Shown piece by piece: positions 13,342-26,209 of a DNA stretch of 64,000 nucleotides. The position numbers were made by a program, and so were the translations under genes. The notes beneath the pieces were generated by a model. That model ran no database searches. It saw only the letters and a program-made list of their open reading frames with translations, and was not told where the DNA came from. The stretch is from Eledone cirrhosa (Eukaryota), in assembly GCA_964016885.1 (NCBI GenBank), contig OZ024754.1, forward strand, positions 806,001-870,000, read 5' to 3'. Each line of letters starts with the position of its first letter. Within the stretch, counting starts at the first letter, position 1.

Positions 13342-13872
13342 TTCTATTTTAATTAATAATGAAGAATTTTGAGGAATTTACTAAAATTATTAATTATTTT
13401 ATTACTAAGATAGTAACTTACTGTAAAGTTCTTATGCAAAATTATGTCGGAAGATTTTAATATAAATTGGAAACCCTTTTAGTAACTAAAGGTTTAAACA
13501 GATTGTGACTAAGTATGTTGAAATTTGAAAGATTGTTCTTTAGATAATGATAAAACATGCGTGTACTGTTTTTATTAGACAAAATTTGAAGATAGTATTG
13601 AAGTAGTTACAAAGAACAATGGGAATTTTGTTTAAGTTGAACAGTTATCTGAAAAGTATCTTCAAGATGTCTATCTAGATATTTGCTGTACTTCTTATGT
13701 ACTAATCTAGCTTCATCGGTGAATGCTGACTGTAGTATTTTATGTATTTTATTTAACACTTCCTTGCACAAGGTCTGACTGAGATCTTAATGCGTTATAC
13801 ATACATAGTATATAGAGAATATATTTTTATAATAGCTACTCTTGATTATGTTATACATACATACTACATAGA

Positions 13873-14147
13873 CAGAGGCATATCTAGGGTATGGCAAACA
13901 TGGCACGACATGAAGGGGGCGCCACTTGAACTAGGAGCATGTTCTATTAAAGTTAAATAAGCCTCGTTGGAAAGTGAAAAAAGAAACTCCTTCAGATGTA
14001 TGAGCTGTCTCTGATTATCATAGGTGAGAAACACTATCATTAAACCATTTACATGAATTATTAGGCCCATAGGTAAAAATACAGGGATGGGCAGGGGCAC
14101 AATTTCACTGCTTGCCATAGGCACTATTTTCCCTAGTTATGCCTCTG
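13873..14147. mobile_element. hAT-type MITE inserted in a ~63-bp minisatellite (13795-14310)
   Basis: TIRs CAGAGGCATATCTAGGG / CCCTAGTTATGCCTCTG; 8-bp TSD TACATAGA. Confidence 0.85.
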
Positions 14148-15730
14148 TACATAGAGAATATATTTTTTATAGTAGCTACTCTTGATTGTGTTATACATAA
14201 CATACATACTACATAGAGAATATGTTTTTATAATAGCTATTCTTGATTGTGTTATACATAACATACATACTACATAGAGAATGTTTTTATAATAGCTACT
14301 CTTGATTGTGATGAAGTGGGAAAGGAAGAGTAGATAAATGTGTATATATCTGGAGACACATTTGTACACAATTCACACGTGAAAAAATGTAAAAGTACAC
14401 ACATATATGGCCCCGTAACATCTGATGGCATTGTAGGGGTGTCATAAGTCTATGTCCAATAACTTTTGTATTGTAAAGAAATCCAATTTAGATTCAAATT
14501 TTCCGTCATAATTTTAAATAAGAACCTTTTAAGATATTTTCTTAACAGCAACTTAATAATAAAAGGGCAGTTTTATGAACTCTTTCCAAATTCTTGCTCA
14601 TTTTCAAAATTCATTGTAACACATAGTGTATTTCATTTGAAATATACAGGTTGAGCATGGAGTCTTTCCCTGGTTTTAAAATAACGTATCTTGGATACTA
14701 TTTGAGATTTTACTTTCTCATTGTTTTAATTTATAAATTTCAAGTTTAAAGTTTTTCTGAACATGTTTTACATTTTCTCATCTACAGGAAGTAGTTGTAA
14801 TTTTCAGTAACAAAATGGCATCATTGAAACAGTGTGTTTTGTGGTTTCACTATGTAATAATGAAGAGATTAATGCTGATTTTAATACAAAACTTTCTTTA
14901 ACCTCATTAAGCATTCTTGCTGAACCAACTAATTAACAAGTATAAGGTTAATACTATATATAAGTCATACAATATATCTAATTATATTTGATGGAGTTCA
15001 GAATGTATAGCTATATGCATTCTTCTCTATTAGTTTACCTTGTAGCAAGCAATGGCACTATTCCATAGCTGCAGAATAATTTGGTCGTACTTTGTCACTC
15101 GCCAGCCTTTAGGCTTGGTGGTGTATGAATACCAAAAGTCGCCTTCCGTGTATGAATACCAAAAGTGGTGGTGTATGAATACCAAAAGTTGCTTCGCGCC
15201 TTTTTTTACTTCTACCTATCAGTTGTGGCTTGCATTTCGTGGACTCAAGAAGTCACTAATTACGTTCCCGGTCTATACTAGCAAGATGTAGCACAAGGAA
15301 CTTTGGCCTTCTTGGTAAGGGCCCAACAACATTCTACACACTTTGTTTTCGTTCAACTTAATCATTCGGCATACTAGCAGCTTTTCCCTCTTTTAGTGCT
15401 TATATTATTGTATCGCAAGAAAATAAACTTTTGTTATTTCCTCGCTGTGTTTTCTGATTTGATCCTTCCACATGAACAAAAACATAAACACGCAGCCTAT
15501 CAATAAATCTCTCTATATATCTTCATTAAGGATCCTTTCCGCAACCAACAAGCTACTCAACCAAATATACAATTGTTAAAATCTTGATGATTTGGTGTGT
15601 TAGATGTGTTCTGTCAATCTGCCAACACCTCAGGGTTATGTTGTTATAATATTGTGATAACATACCATTTCTTTTTTTAATTTGGTTTCCCTTGATTACT
15701 TGTTAGATTAAAAAAAGAAAACTACTCCAT

Positions 15731-16045
15731 TCATCATCATCATCATCATCAGGTTTAGCGACCGTGTTCCATGCTTGCATGGGTTTGGACGTGGGGTTTT
15801 CCCACTTGAGGCAAGAGTGGTTGTCTTGCTCGCATAGGACTGTCTGGCGGGTTTTCTACAGTTGGATGCCCTTCCTAACACCAACCACATTTACAGTGTG
15901 GGGCTGGGAGGTTTTTACCGTGTTGCCTACACGGCCACATTACAGCGTGGACTGTCTGGCGGGTTTTCTACAGCTGGATGCCCTTCCTAACACCAACCAC
16001 ATTTACAGTGTGGGGCTGGGAGGTTTTTACCGTGTTGCCTATTAT
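15731..16045 (-). mobile_element. RTE-tail SINE with internal duplication
   Basis: (CAT)n tail, CTGGATGCCCTTCCTAACACCAACC core duplicated. Confidence 0.75.
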
Positions 16046-16074
16046 GTCCATTATATATTTTTATTATCAATATA

Positions 16075-16345
16075 CCTGAAGGGCAAAGGTGGGCAATTGT
16101 CCTGGGCCCCCTGCAATGGGGGCCCCACCAGCAACAGCCATAGCAATTTATTTGTGCCCTCAGCTAGGCTTTTCAGTTTTAAGATGGTTAGAATTTTTGA
16201 ATTTAATACCTGTATATATAACTTTTCAATTCCAATTACTTGCATCCAAGCTAACTTTGGAGGGTTTGCTGTGTATTCTAATTTTTTGTGTATAAGGATG
16301 CCCTCAAACTTGAAGTGCCCCAGGCAGCGTCTAAATTCAACCCTG
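16075..16345 (+). mobile_element. hAT-type MITE (partial)
   Basis: Homologous to 31191-31511; ends TAAATTCAACCCTG. Confidence 0.7.
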
Positions 16346-16858
16346 GGTTCACTAGACTTTATTTTATTAAAAATTATTTTAAGCTTCTTTCTCAAAATTA
16401 GGGTGTGAGTTACATGCCAATGCATGTTTATGCTGATAAATACAAACATTTTGAAAATAAACTATGACTTGAGTGATTTAGTAAAATAACTAATATTTTC
16501 ATTTTTAAGTTGGTGTTTGGGCTGTAGCTTAACAAAAGTTCTTATATAAAATTATAATGGAAGGTTTTTTTAGATAAATATAAACATTTTCAAATAAATA
16601 ACTTAGTATTGTAGAACTAAAGGCAATTTAGTATTAAAAGACATAATCTATTTTCCATCCATTTTCAGAAATAATTATGTTAATGTATTATTTGGATTAG
16701 AAGAAGAAAAATGTATTTGTTTGTAGTTGAATTATAATGGTTTGGTGTGTCCTATCAACAGTAGCAAGTGATATTGTAGAGGACTAAAGTTGGTTCTTGC
16801 TATCAGCTGAAAGAAATATATACTTTCTAACAAGTTTTGCATTGTTCTGTTCTTTTAA

Positions 16859-17072
16859 CCCATTAGCATTTAAACCAGCCATATCCGGCCAGAATTCTCT
16901 CATCTCTTTTTGTTCAAACCAGCTGTAACCAGCCACTCATACTGATGTTAAGGTATTGTTCTCAAAATAAATATCAAAATCTCATGGATTTGATATTATG
17001 TGAGATAATTGTGTGAGATAAAGCCTTTAGTGTGAAAATATGATAGTAAATATAGAGTAATGTAAATGCTAA
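16859..17072 (+). mobile_element. piggyBac-type MITE
   Basis: TTAA|CCCATTAGCATTTA, family homology. Confidence 0.75.
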
Positions 17073-18017
17073 TTCAATGTGTATGTAATGGGCCTAAACA
17101 TAGCTGTGTGATTAAGTTTGTTTCACAATTTCATGATTTTTTAGTTTGATTTCATTGAGTGACACCTTGGTAAGATATCTTATAGTATAAACTGTGTGGA
17201 ATCTGTTGAAGAGATCATTCCTGTTCTTGAAGGGGTAAACTTAATGTGCTGCTCAGTTGGACACTGCCTATTGCAAGCTTTTGGGTGAGGTCTCATATAG
17301 TTTTAGTATTGTATATATGCATGAAAGAAATTTATTATAAAATATAGTAGAATAAAATCTAGTTGTTATCCAATTAATGTTATCACAGGGATGATGTCCT
17401 GGTAGATTAAGAGAGATAGGTATGAAATATCAATATACAGCATTTTTATTAAATAATTTTTAAATGTCACAAAATAAAAAATTCATAAATTTATTGTAAA
17501 TAAATTTGCAATGAATTTCTCTTGGCATTTCATATCTTAACAGTTTTGCTGCTCACATTACCCCATTCATTACTATATTTTTAATAAAAGGCACTGCCTA
17601 TGTGTGGTTTTCAAATAATTTTGAAAATAATTAAAAATGTGTAGGAATTTAGTAATATAAATAACTTCCTTGTTGTTAATCTGGTAGTTGGAGCATAAGA
17701 ATGTTATGAAGGAAGGGTTTTTTTTAAATTAAATTTCTTTGTATTGTGAACGAGGGGTGGTCTCAGTAGGTTAGTATTAAAAAGACTAACATTTGAAAAT
17801 TTTATAATATAAGTAGGTTTAATTTTATAATATCATTGCAAGAATTTCGAGAAGCCTAGAGTGGTGGTCTGCCGGAGTATTAAAAAGACTAACATTTGAA
17901 TTGTTGCTTCTTCAGGCTGCAATACCAATCAACACTTGACATGCCACTATAAACATCAGAGAATGGGTGTTATGTTATATCTGTTATTATTACTTTAGCA
18001 TTTTCTTCAGATTACTT

Positions 18018-18410
18018 TTAACCCTTTACTTACCAACCCAGCCAAAACCCGCTCTGGTTCTATGAAATAAAACCTTTCATTTTAAAGGTTTCCAATTTAA
18101 ATTAAAATCTTCCAACATAATTTTATATAAGAACCTTACATTAAGTTACTATCTTAGTAATGAAATAATTAATAATTTTAGTAAATCCTTCAGAATTCTG
18201 CATTAATTAATTAGCCCTTTAGTTACTAACCCAGCTAAAACTGGCTCTGGTACTATGAAATAAAACCACCCATTTTAAAGGTTTCCAATTTAAATTAAAT
18301 TCTTTGAATATTATTTTATATAAGAACCTTATATTAACTTACTATCTTAGTAATGAAATAATTAATAATTTTTGTAAATCCCTCATTAATTTTGTAAATC
18401 TTCATTAATT
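18018..18410. mobile_element. Second TTAA-type MITE family, tandemly duplicated (~195 bp x2)
   Basis: TTAACCCTTTA start; two consecutive similar units; relatives at 13100-13495 and 59940-60068. Confidence 0.55.
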
Positions 18411-19600
18411 AAAGAGAGAACAATAGAGAGGAAACGAGAAAATGATATAAAGGAAGAATCGACCTCTTACTGCACTGGTACTTTATTATCAACCTCGGTG
18501 TGTGCAGAGAGCTAGAACAAATACCACAAAGCATTCTGTCTGACATTCTAATGACTTTACCAATTTGCCGCCTAGTTTATATTGAATAAATTAATTTATA
18601 GTATTGACATTAATGAAAGTAACCATGTCAGAGGCATCATTAAAGATAAAGAAATGCTACTATTTACACTTTCATGTATTAAGTCTAGTTTTGTCTTTCA
18701 TGGCTTAATGACAATATACTTCATCATCATTTAACGTCAACTTTCCTTACTAGCAAGAGTTGGATAGGTTTTCACAGACCAAGGCAGTACTGAAGCGGGG
18801 CTACTAACCTAGACAGACTCACATACGGTCTGCATCTCACATATGGTCCCACGTTCTACTGAATGCATTTTATCATGGCACTGACACAAAGGAAGTTCTC
18901 ATGTCTTTGACGCAACTAAAGATCCTCCAAACATTTTGTTTAAGCTTTCTACCTAGTGGTTAGGGCGTTGGACTAACAATCATAATGTCATGTGTTCGAT
19001 TCCTGGACTGGGTTGTGCTCCAGTACACTCAGCTGAAAACAAGTGCCAATAGTAGTTGGAGGTTAACCTTACAATTGACTGGCATCCTGTCCAGAGGAAG
19101 AAAGTCTTATATTCTCAGTCACTTAATGCCATTGAAAGTGGGTTAAAACTGGCGTGATGAGCCTCTGGGCTTGGTTAAAAAATAATTTGACTTGGTGTAT
19201 GAGTATTCTGAAGAGAATGTAAATATGAATCTAATGACAAGAGGAGCAGTGGGTTAAACAAAGATATATATAAAATAAAATGTGAATCTGAAGAAATGTA
19301 GCCTCTAAAGGTAATAATGAATAAAAACAAAGAAATAGTAAAGTAGTGGAGAATACATCAAAGAAAATAAACAATTTATTGTTAGCCCAAGCCCTAACCA
19401 CTAGGCCACATACTTTTTACACTATAATTGAACTATTATTGTCCAGTGTATTATTGTTTCTATTTGAGTGATTCTTAATTATCTTGAATCATTGTTTTTG
19501 TAACATCTTTAATCTGATGAAACTCAAAAGAAATATAAACATAGCTTATTGAATTATTCATTATAAGATTAAAACATTTAATTTTCTTTTTCATTGACAG

Positions 19601-19676
19601 GCAACTGTTAATCCAGCACCCAATTTCAATGCTGAATCTGCAGCTGAAGGTCTTAGAAAAGCCATGAAGGGTTTTG
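19601..19676 (+). CDS. Annexin exon 2 (ATVNPAPNFNAESAAEGLRKAMKGFG)
   Basis: CAG acceptor, GTAAG donor; repeat-1 MKGFG(T) motif. Confidence 0.93.
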
Positions 19677-19824
19677 GTAAGTTATTTTCATTGTAAAAGA
19701 TTTTATAAGTCCCACCAAACTAGTCTGGTGAAAATGGCTGATAGAAATCCAGAAGGACAAAAGCAATATCTGTTAAAAGGACAGCTAAACCAAGCAAAGA
19801 ATCTATGACACTCTTTCATATATA

Positions 19825-19982
19825 TCATCATCATCATCATCATCATTTTACGTCCGCTCTTCCCTGCTTGCAAGGGTGGGACGGGTCTTATTCAGCACAG
19901 CATCTCTCCACTCGTCACGGTCCTTCGTCATCTCCACCGTGAGCTTCAACGATCTGAGGTCTGTTCTCACCACCTCCGCCCA
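19825..19982 (-). mobile_element. RTE LINE 3'-end fragment with (GAT)n tail
   Basis: Matches the 3' end of 41427-41985; near-identical to 38555-38712. Confidence 0.8.
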
Positions 19983-22222
19983 TATATATATATAATTGAA
20001 AAAGTGGAAAATAACATGGTCAACAGTACAAAAAAAGGGGATTTATTTAGTCTAACAACTGTTTGACTGATAGAGTTGTCTAAAAATTGCAGAACACTAA
20101 AAGTAGTGCCACTCAATTTTAAATACGATGTTAACTCTACTAGATCATCGGAAACTGATCAAAACATATATGTGTAACCGGCAAATTTACAAATTCAAAT
20201 TACATCATCAATAATAATTGTTTCTACTTTAGGCACAAGGCCAGCAATTACCCAGTGCATTACTGGTACTTTATTTTATCGACCCCGTAAGGATGAAAGG
20301 CAAAGTCAATAAAGAAAGTGTAAGGTAGCTTAGTTTTTATAGAGGAGTTAAACATAGAATTGAACCATAAGTAGTTTCTATTTCTGCATCTTCTATAGTT
20401 ATTAGTGGTCTTTGTATTAGTATTCTGTTCCTTTAATTTACGTGCATGTTGCCAATTTTTATGTTTAGTTCTAGGTTTGTTGTTTCTATAGGTGTGGATG
20501 GTGCTATTAATATTGTGTTGTTATTTTTTGTATCTGGTATGTATTTGAGTATCTCTTTATGGCCTGCCTTAAGTAAAGCTATGTTGTAGTAGTTAGCGTG
20601 TTCGTTAAAAATTTCTAGGTTAAAAGATAGGCGCGACATTCTGAGGGATATACTATGTGCTATGGAGTTAATTATGGATCAAGGGTGATTAGAGTTATAG
20701 TCAATGTAAGCTAAATTTTCATTATTTTTATGGAAGGGTTCTATTAGTCCTGAGTTAAGGTTGAGCGATACATCTAAGAAATTAGCTTTTTTAGAGTTGG
20801 GTTCAAAAGTGATGTTAAGGCCTAAACTATTAAAGAATTTTCTAATCTTTTTCCTTAATCTTTCTAAGTTTAGATTATTTAAGTTTTTAGCTAAAAACTT
20901 AACTCCTCTATAAAAACTAAGCTACCTTACACTCTCTTCAAATTAGTTGACAAACATTTCCCTAAAATTCATAAATATCATAAAATCTTTAATAGAAAAA
21001 CTATCAAACTATCATACTCCACTGCCAACAACATAGAATTGCACATAAATAAAATTAACTAGAAAAGAATTTATAATACAAGTGGCCCACAAATAAGTAC
21101 CATAACACCTAATACAAAACATAAGCATATAACTTCATCACAACCAAACACACGTCAGAGCACATCACCACAATACATCAACAAACCCAATTCTCAGCCC
21201 ATGCATAACAACCTGCAAAACCATTTAGAAGAACCGGCGCATAGAAAAGCATCTAAATGTAACTGCCACCTACCTGACAAATGCCCTTTACAAAACAGTG
21301 GCCTAGAGACAAATATAGTATACCTATGTACTATAAATTCGGGTAGCTTAGCATGGCATTACATTGTGTCTACAGCTGGAGAGTTTAAGAAAAGGTGGTA
21401 CGTACACAGACACTCTATGACTAACAGGAATCTCTCAAAGACGACTCTCGCCAATAAAATCTGGCAACTTAAAGATGCAAACATAGAATATCAAATCAGC
21501 TGGACAAAGCCATCAAAAGCAAAGGCCTATCAAATTAGTATGTCCCACTGTGGTCTCTGTAATATGGAACTTTTTCAAATTTTAAATTACAAGATTTTTC
21601 TTAACAGTAAAATTGAAAAAAAACATTTTTTGTCGACATAAATCAGCAACTAAATTTAAGAACTTTAGACCAGCTTAATTCCATCTTATCTATTCCATAA
21701 CCCAGATTCTACCACTTGGATCTATTATATCACATTATCAACATCATCATCATTATAATTATAACTATAATTGTCATCATCTATCAAAGAACATCTTATT
21801 TTATATATATATATTTTCACTCTTTATCTTAATATGTCTCTCCCTAAATTTATCTCATATCTGTCATTCTATTTTATCATATAATATAACTTAAAACTAA
21901 TTAATTTATTTATTTATTAAAATAACCAATTCACACATAAACATATTTAACATTACCATATTTTCACCATTTTTTCATAAAAAAATGTTTACATATATAT
22001 TTTTATTTTTATTTACATTTATTTATGCATTAACGTTTATTCATCTATTTGTCCCTCTATCCTTCTCTTCTTATTTACGTTTGTCTCATCTATATACCAT
22101 CATATTCTATATATCTTCCTCTCTTTATATTTCTATCTATAATAATTTCTCCTTTTCTTCTTTTTCTTTTTCCTTTACTGTATCTATCTCCCTTTCTTCC
22201 TCCTTTTCTCTCTATATCTTTA

Positions 22223-22572
22223 TCTATATATATAAAAGCAAGTCGGTCTGTGTGTCTGTTTGTGTACAAATACTGGCTCCTTTTAACTGTTGAAGTACTA
22301 GGCCGATTTCAACCAAATTTGGCACACGTATTGCTTAGAATTTGAAAAAATTCGATACTGGAGCCGAAAATTCGATTTTTCTTTTGTACAAGCTACCCCA
22401 TGAATTGTTTTTATGTTGCCGTTTATTTCCCCTCAATCATGTCACTGTACACCCATTTTGTTAAACTTTTTTTTACAATTACATTTCAATTTGTGGCTCA
22501 ACCTTTGGCTCTCTTTATACGGACAAACAGGCTGTCATTCATTTCCCGAGCAACGCCGGGTACATCTGCTAG
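22223..22572 (+). mobile_element. Non-autonomous Helitron nested in the PLE
   Basis: A|TCTATATATATAAAAG start; hairpin CCCGAGCAACGCCGGG and CTAG|T end; inverted homolog at 27279-27655. Confidence 0.8.
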
Positions 22573-22641
22573 TTATTAATATTATTATTGATGATGTAAT
22601 TTGAATTTGTAAATTTGCCGGTTACACATATATGTTTTGAT

Positions 22642-22751
22642 CAGTTTCCGATGATCTAATAGAGTTAACATCGTATTTAAAATTGAGTGGCACTGCCTTT
22701 AGTGTTCAGCAATTTTTAGACAACTCTATCAGTGAAACAATTGTTAGATTG
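22642..22751 (+). ncRNA. Variant type I hammerhead ribozyme motif in the PLE terminal repeat
   Basis: Stem I CAGUUU/AGAUUG; core CCGAUGA (U4C) at 22648; long stem II closed by AUAGAGUU/AACUCUAU; GAAA at 22734; palindromic stem III CAAUUG; GUU site. Confidence 0.55.
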
Positions 22752-23059
22752 TAAATAAATCCCCTTTTTTGTACTGTTGTCCATGTTATTCTCCACTTTT
22801 TCAATTATATTACTCCAAGATAAACTTACATAGGAATACAAGTGAAATCATAAACTCGCCATCTACGTAAACCTCTTGTTGAGTCAAGCAACGCCGTACG
22901 CTAAAACTATCCATAATAAGAAGTATTCACAACCTCTAATTGGATTACCTATAACGATATTTTGTTATCCTTTTTATATATATATATATATATATATATA
23001 ATACATGTGTGTGTGTGTGTTTGCATGCATCTGGAAATGGGATAGGCAACTGGTGGTTG

Positions 23060-23390
23060 TGAATAATAATAATAATAATAATAATGAAATTATTGTGAAC
23101 AGTGCTCAGGTGCACTACAACTCATCAAAGGTGCATGTATAGTACATAGAATAATGTACAAATGTCAGGAAAATAAACAGTGTATGAGTCATGATATAAT
23201 AACAATAACAATAATGAAATTGTGTGTACAGTGCCCAGGTGCACCACAACTCATCAAAAAAGTGCATGTACAGTACATAGGGCAATGCACAAACATCAGT
23301 AAAATGAACAGTGCACGAGTCATGATACACACATGTGTGCATGTGTATGGAAGGGGTACATCAGGTGTAGTTTTGGCGTATTTCGAATAT
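23060..23390 (-). mobile_element. CR1 LINE 3' UTR fragment, terminal ~130 bp duplicated in tandem
   Basis: Matches 26210-26390; (ATT)n tail. Confidence 0.7.
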
Positions 23391-23513
23391 TAAATCTTTC
23401 TCTGGTAAAGAATGTCATGTCCACCACTATCATCACCATCTCAGCAACCATTTCCACCAACACCATCCCCTTAGTTTAGGCATGTGTGTATAAGAAGGGG
23501 GAGGAGGAAGAGG

Positions 23514-23760
23514 CAGGGCTGGATTTAATGGGGACAAAGGGGGCAATTAACCCTGATCCCCTGTAGTGAGGGGCTCCACCAGTGATGCTCATAGCAATTT
23601 ATTTGTGCTGTCAGCTGGGCTTTTTAGTTTTAGGATGGTTAGAATTTTTGACTTCAATACCTGCATGTATAACTTTTCAATTCCAATTACTTGTGCCAAG
23701 CTAACTTTGATATGTAAAATTGTGGGGTTTGCTGTGTATTCTAATTTTTTTTGTATGTTC
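23514..23760 (+). mobile_element. hAT-type MITE (partial)
   Basis: Starts CAGGGCTGGATTTA; family homology. Confidence 0.7.
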
Positions 23761-24159
23761 TGCAATGAGACATTCTGAGACATAATGCGTTCTTGATGTA
23801 TATCAAGATATCATTGGGGGAAAAGTGTGTGCAGATTGATATCAACACACTTGTTACTGTTGATGCTGAGAAGAATGAGTCATGGAAATATTACAATGAG
23901 AAGTTGTTGAATGTGTGGAAGAGAATGTTTACCCCACAAGAGGAGACTAACTATTGAAGTTGACAGCCATATGGTTGAATGCACAATTAAGGATATGAAA
24001 CCATAAAAAGCAGTTGGACCATCAAAGATAGTTGGACATGTACAAGTCATACCCGATTATTGTTGTAATAGTATCATCATCAACTGCTACAAAACAAAGG
24101 AGATCTTTTAGAAAGAAGCAACTATAGTCATCATCAAATGAATTGCTTACATCTATTCC

Positions 24160-24612
24160 ACATCATCATCATCGTTTAACATCCATTTTTCACTTTAGCA
24201 TGGGTTAGATGGGTTGTCCCATTAGAGGCAAGTTGGATCAGGTGACCATGTCTTGCTCATACAGAACTGTTTCTGGCTGGATACCCTTCCTAATGCCAAC
24301 CACATTTACAATGTGTGCTGGGTGTTTTTTGTCATGACATCTACATGATCATTTTACAGTGTGGGTTGGGTGCTTTTTGTTGTGACTCCTACACAACCAC
24401 TTTACAGTGTGGTCTGGGAGTTTTTGGTTGTGACACCCTTATGATCACTTTATAGTGTGGTCTTTTGTTGTGACAGCCACATGATCACTTTACAGTGTGT
24501 GCTGGCTGTTTTTTGTTGTGACACCCACATGATCACTTTACAGTGTGTGCTGGATGTTTTTTGTTGTGTCACCTACATGACCACTTTACAGTGTGGACTG
24601 GGTGCTTTTTTG
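24160..24612 (-). repeat. RTE-tail SINE with 48-bp minisatellite
   Basis: About 6 tandem units. Confidence 0.8.
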
Positions 24613-26209
24613 TTATCAGTGGTATTTGATATTCATCAATGTTTTCAGTTATATATTTTGACATGTATTTCATACAACCTACTAGTCTTTATTAGTATGG
24701 AAAAAAAATGAAACAACTTTGATATTGCTGCTGCTGTTACTACTATTACCACCACCAGCACTATTACTACTGCTGCAACCGCCACCGCTACTACTACTAC
24801 TACATCACCACTGCCACTACTACATCACTACTATTACTACTACTACCACCACCACCAATGCTACTGTTGCTACGTTACTATTACTACTACTACCTTATGT
24901 CTTTTACCTATCCCCTAGGCAACAAGGTGTAGTTATTGACTTAAATTAGCTAAACAACTGATCATATAATTGTCAGTTAGATAGTACTGCTGTAAATCTG
25001 TATTTATTGATTATTATGTCCACATAGAACTGTATAGCTAATATTACACTCTATAAAGACTACTTTGGGTTTACCATGATATAATGTAACTCTGATAATA
25101 TCTGTGTCAGTTGTCAGTATTCAACTATTTCGGTCATTGCTGTATTTCCCCTAAGACATTCTAATCACATCCCCATAGTATCGGAGCTGTGATCTCTCAA
25201 TTTGGAGAAGTAGTGGCTCTACTTGGAGTGACTCTGATCTCCAAGCTACACACTCTATCGAGTAACATTACTCTAATGGCCCTTCGGGGAAACCTCATTT
25301 TGGTTGCTTGTATTCAGAAGGGAGGTAGGTGTAAAAGCCAAACTCGCCATCTTCAATTCGGTATTTACACCAACCCTTACCTTTGGTCATGAATCTTGGG
25401 TAACAGTCAAAAAAATATATCATTATGGACATAATTGTGAAAAAGGAAAATTAGCAGAGTTGTTATGTCAGATAGAATGTCTTGCAGTATTTGTTCTGAC
25501 TCTCAGTATTCTGAGTTCCAATCTTGCTGAGGTCAACTTTGTGTGTCAGCCTTTTCAGCTCAATAAATAATATACCAGCCATGTATTGAGGTTGATTCTT
25601 CTATCTTTATGTCTGTCTGTATGTTTCTATCTCTTTCTACCTCTCTCTCTGAATCAGTTATTTGGCATCGTGGGAAGCGCTGTAGTATACTTGTGTTGAA
25701 GAATTCAGATCAAGACAGAACACAAGTTATTTACTGTATTGGAAAACATTCATTGTTAGTATGAACAATAGAATTATGTATATAGAAATGTATGCAAGTA
25801 TTTGGTCAGTTAGAGGAAATGACAGATATAAATAGCCTATCTTAGATCAAACAAAAAGGTAGTTCGAAGCAGTTCCTGAAAGAGTAACAATGTAAAACAT
25901 TTGCTTTTTACAGACCCCTTGGGATCTACAGACTATTACTCTCTCTCCGGGTCTTACAGACTCTCACCTTCTCTTGTCACTGGGCTTTGACTACTACCTT
26001 GCTGCTACGACTAACGAACGATCTCTTTCCACTCTCTATTTCAGCATAACGAAATAACAGCAAAAACATTGTCAACTTTTATGATTTGTAGTAATCTTAT
26101 TCTTTGTTCCTTTATTGGCTGAAGGAAAGTAAATTTTCTATTTAAATGAAGCCCTTTATTTTGTCATGTATCATCTCTAATAACACTTGCTAACTTTGCC
26201 TCACTTCAC

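Larger units (their letters stand above)
19990..22975 (+). mobile_element. Penelope-like retroelement (probably Neptune type), 5'-truncated and inverted, with inverted terminal repeat
   Basis: RT thumb region on - (20310-20890: NFLDVSLNL..YIDYNSNHP..RMSRLS); GIY-YIG endonuclease on + (21201-21641: CNC..CPL..NIVY..FKKRW..H..CGLC..LN); inverted repeat 19990-20218 / 22581-22810. Confidence 0.88.

Noticed and set aside
15121-15189. CRISPR-like direct repeats
   Set aside because: Spacers are only 8 and 4 bp, the context is eukaryotic and there are no cas genes
15764-16449. 214-aa and 132-aa ORFs
   Set aside because: They read through a SINE and a MITE; the same pseudo-peptides recur at other MITE copies
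19508-19555. CTGATGA...GAAA hammerhead-like motif before annexin exon 2
   Set aside because: Stem II and stem III cannot pair convincingly; at best a decayed remnant
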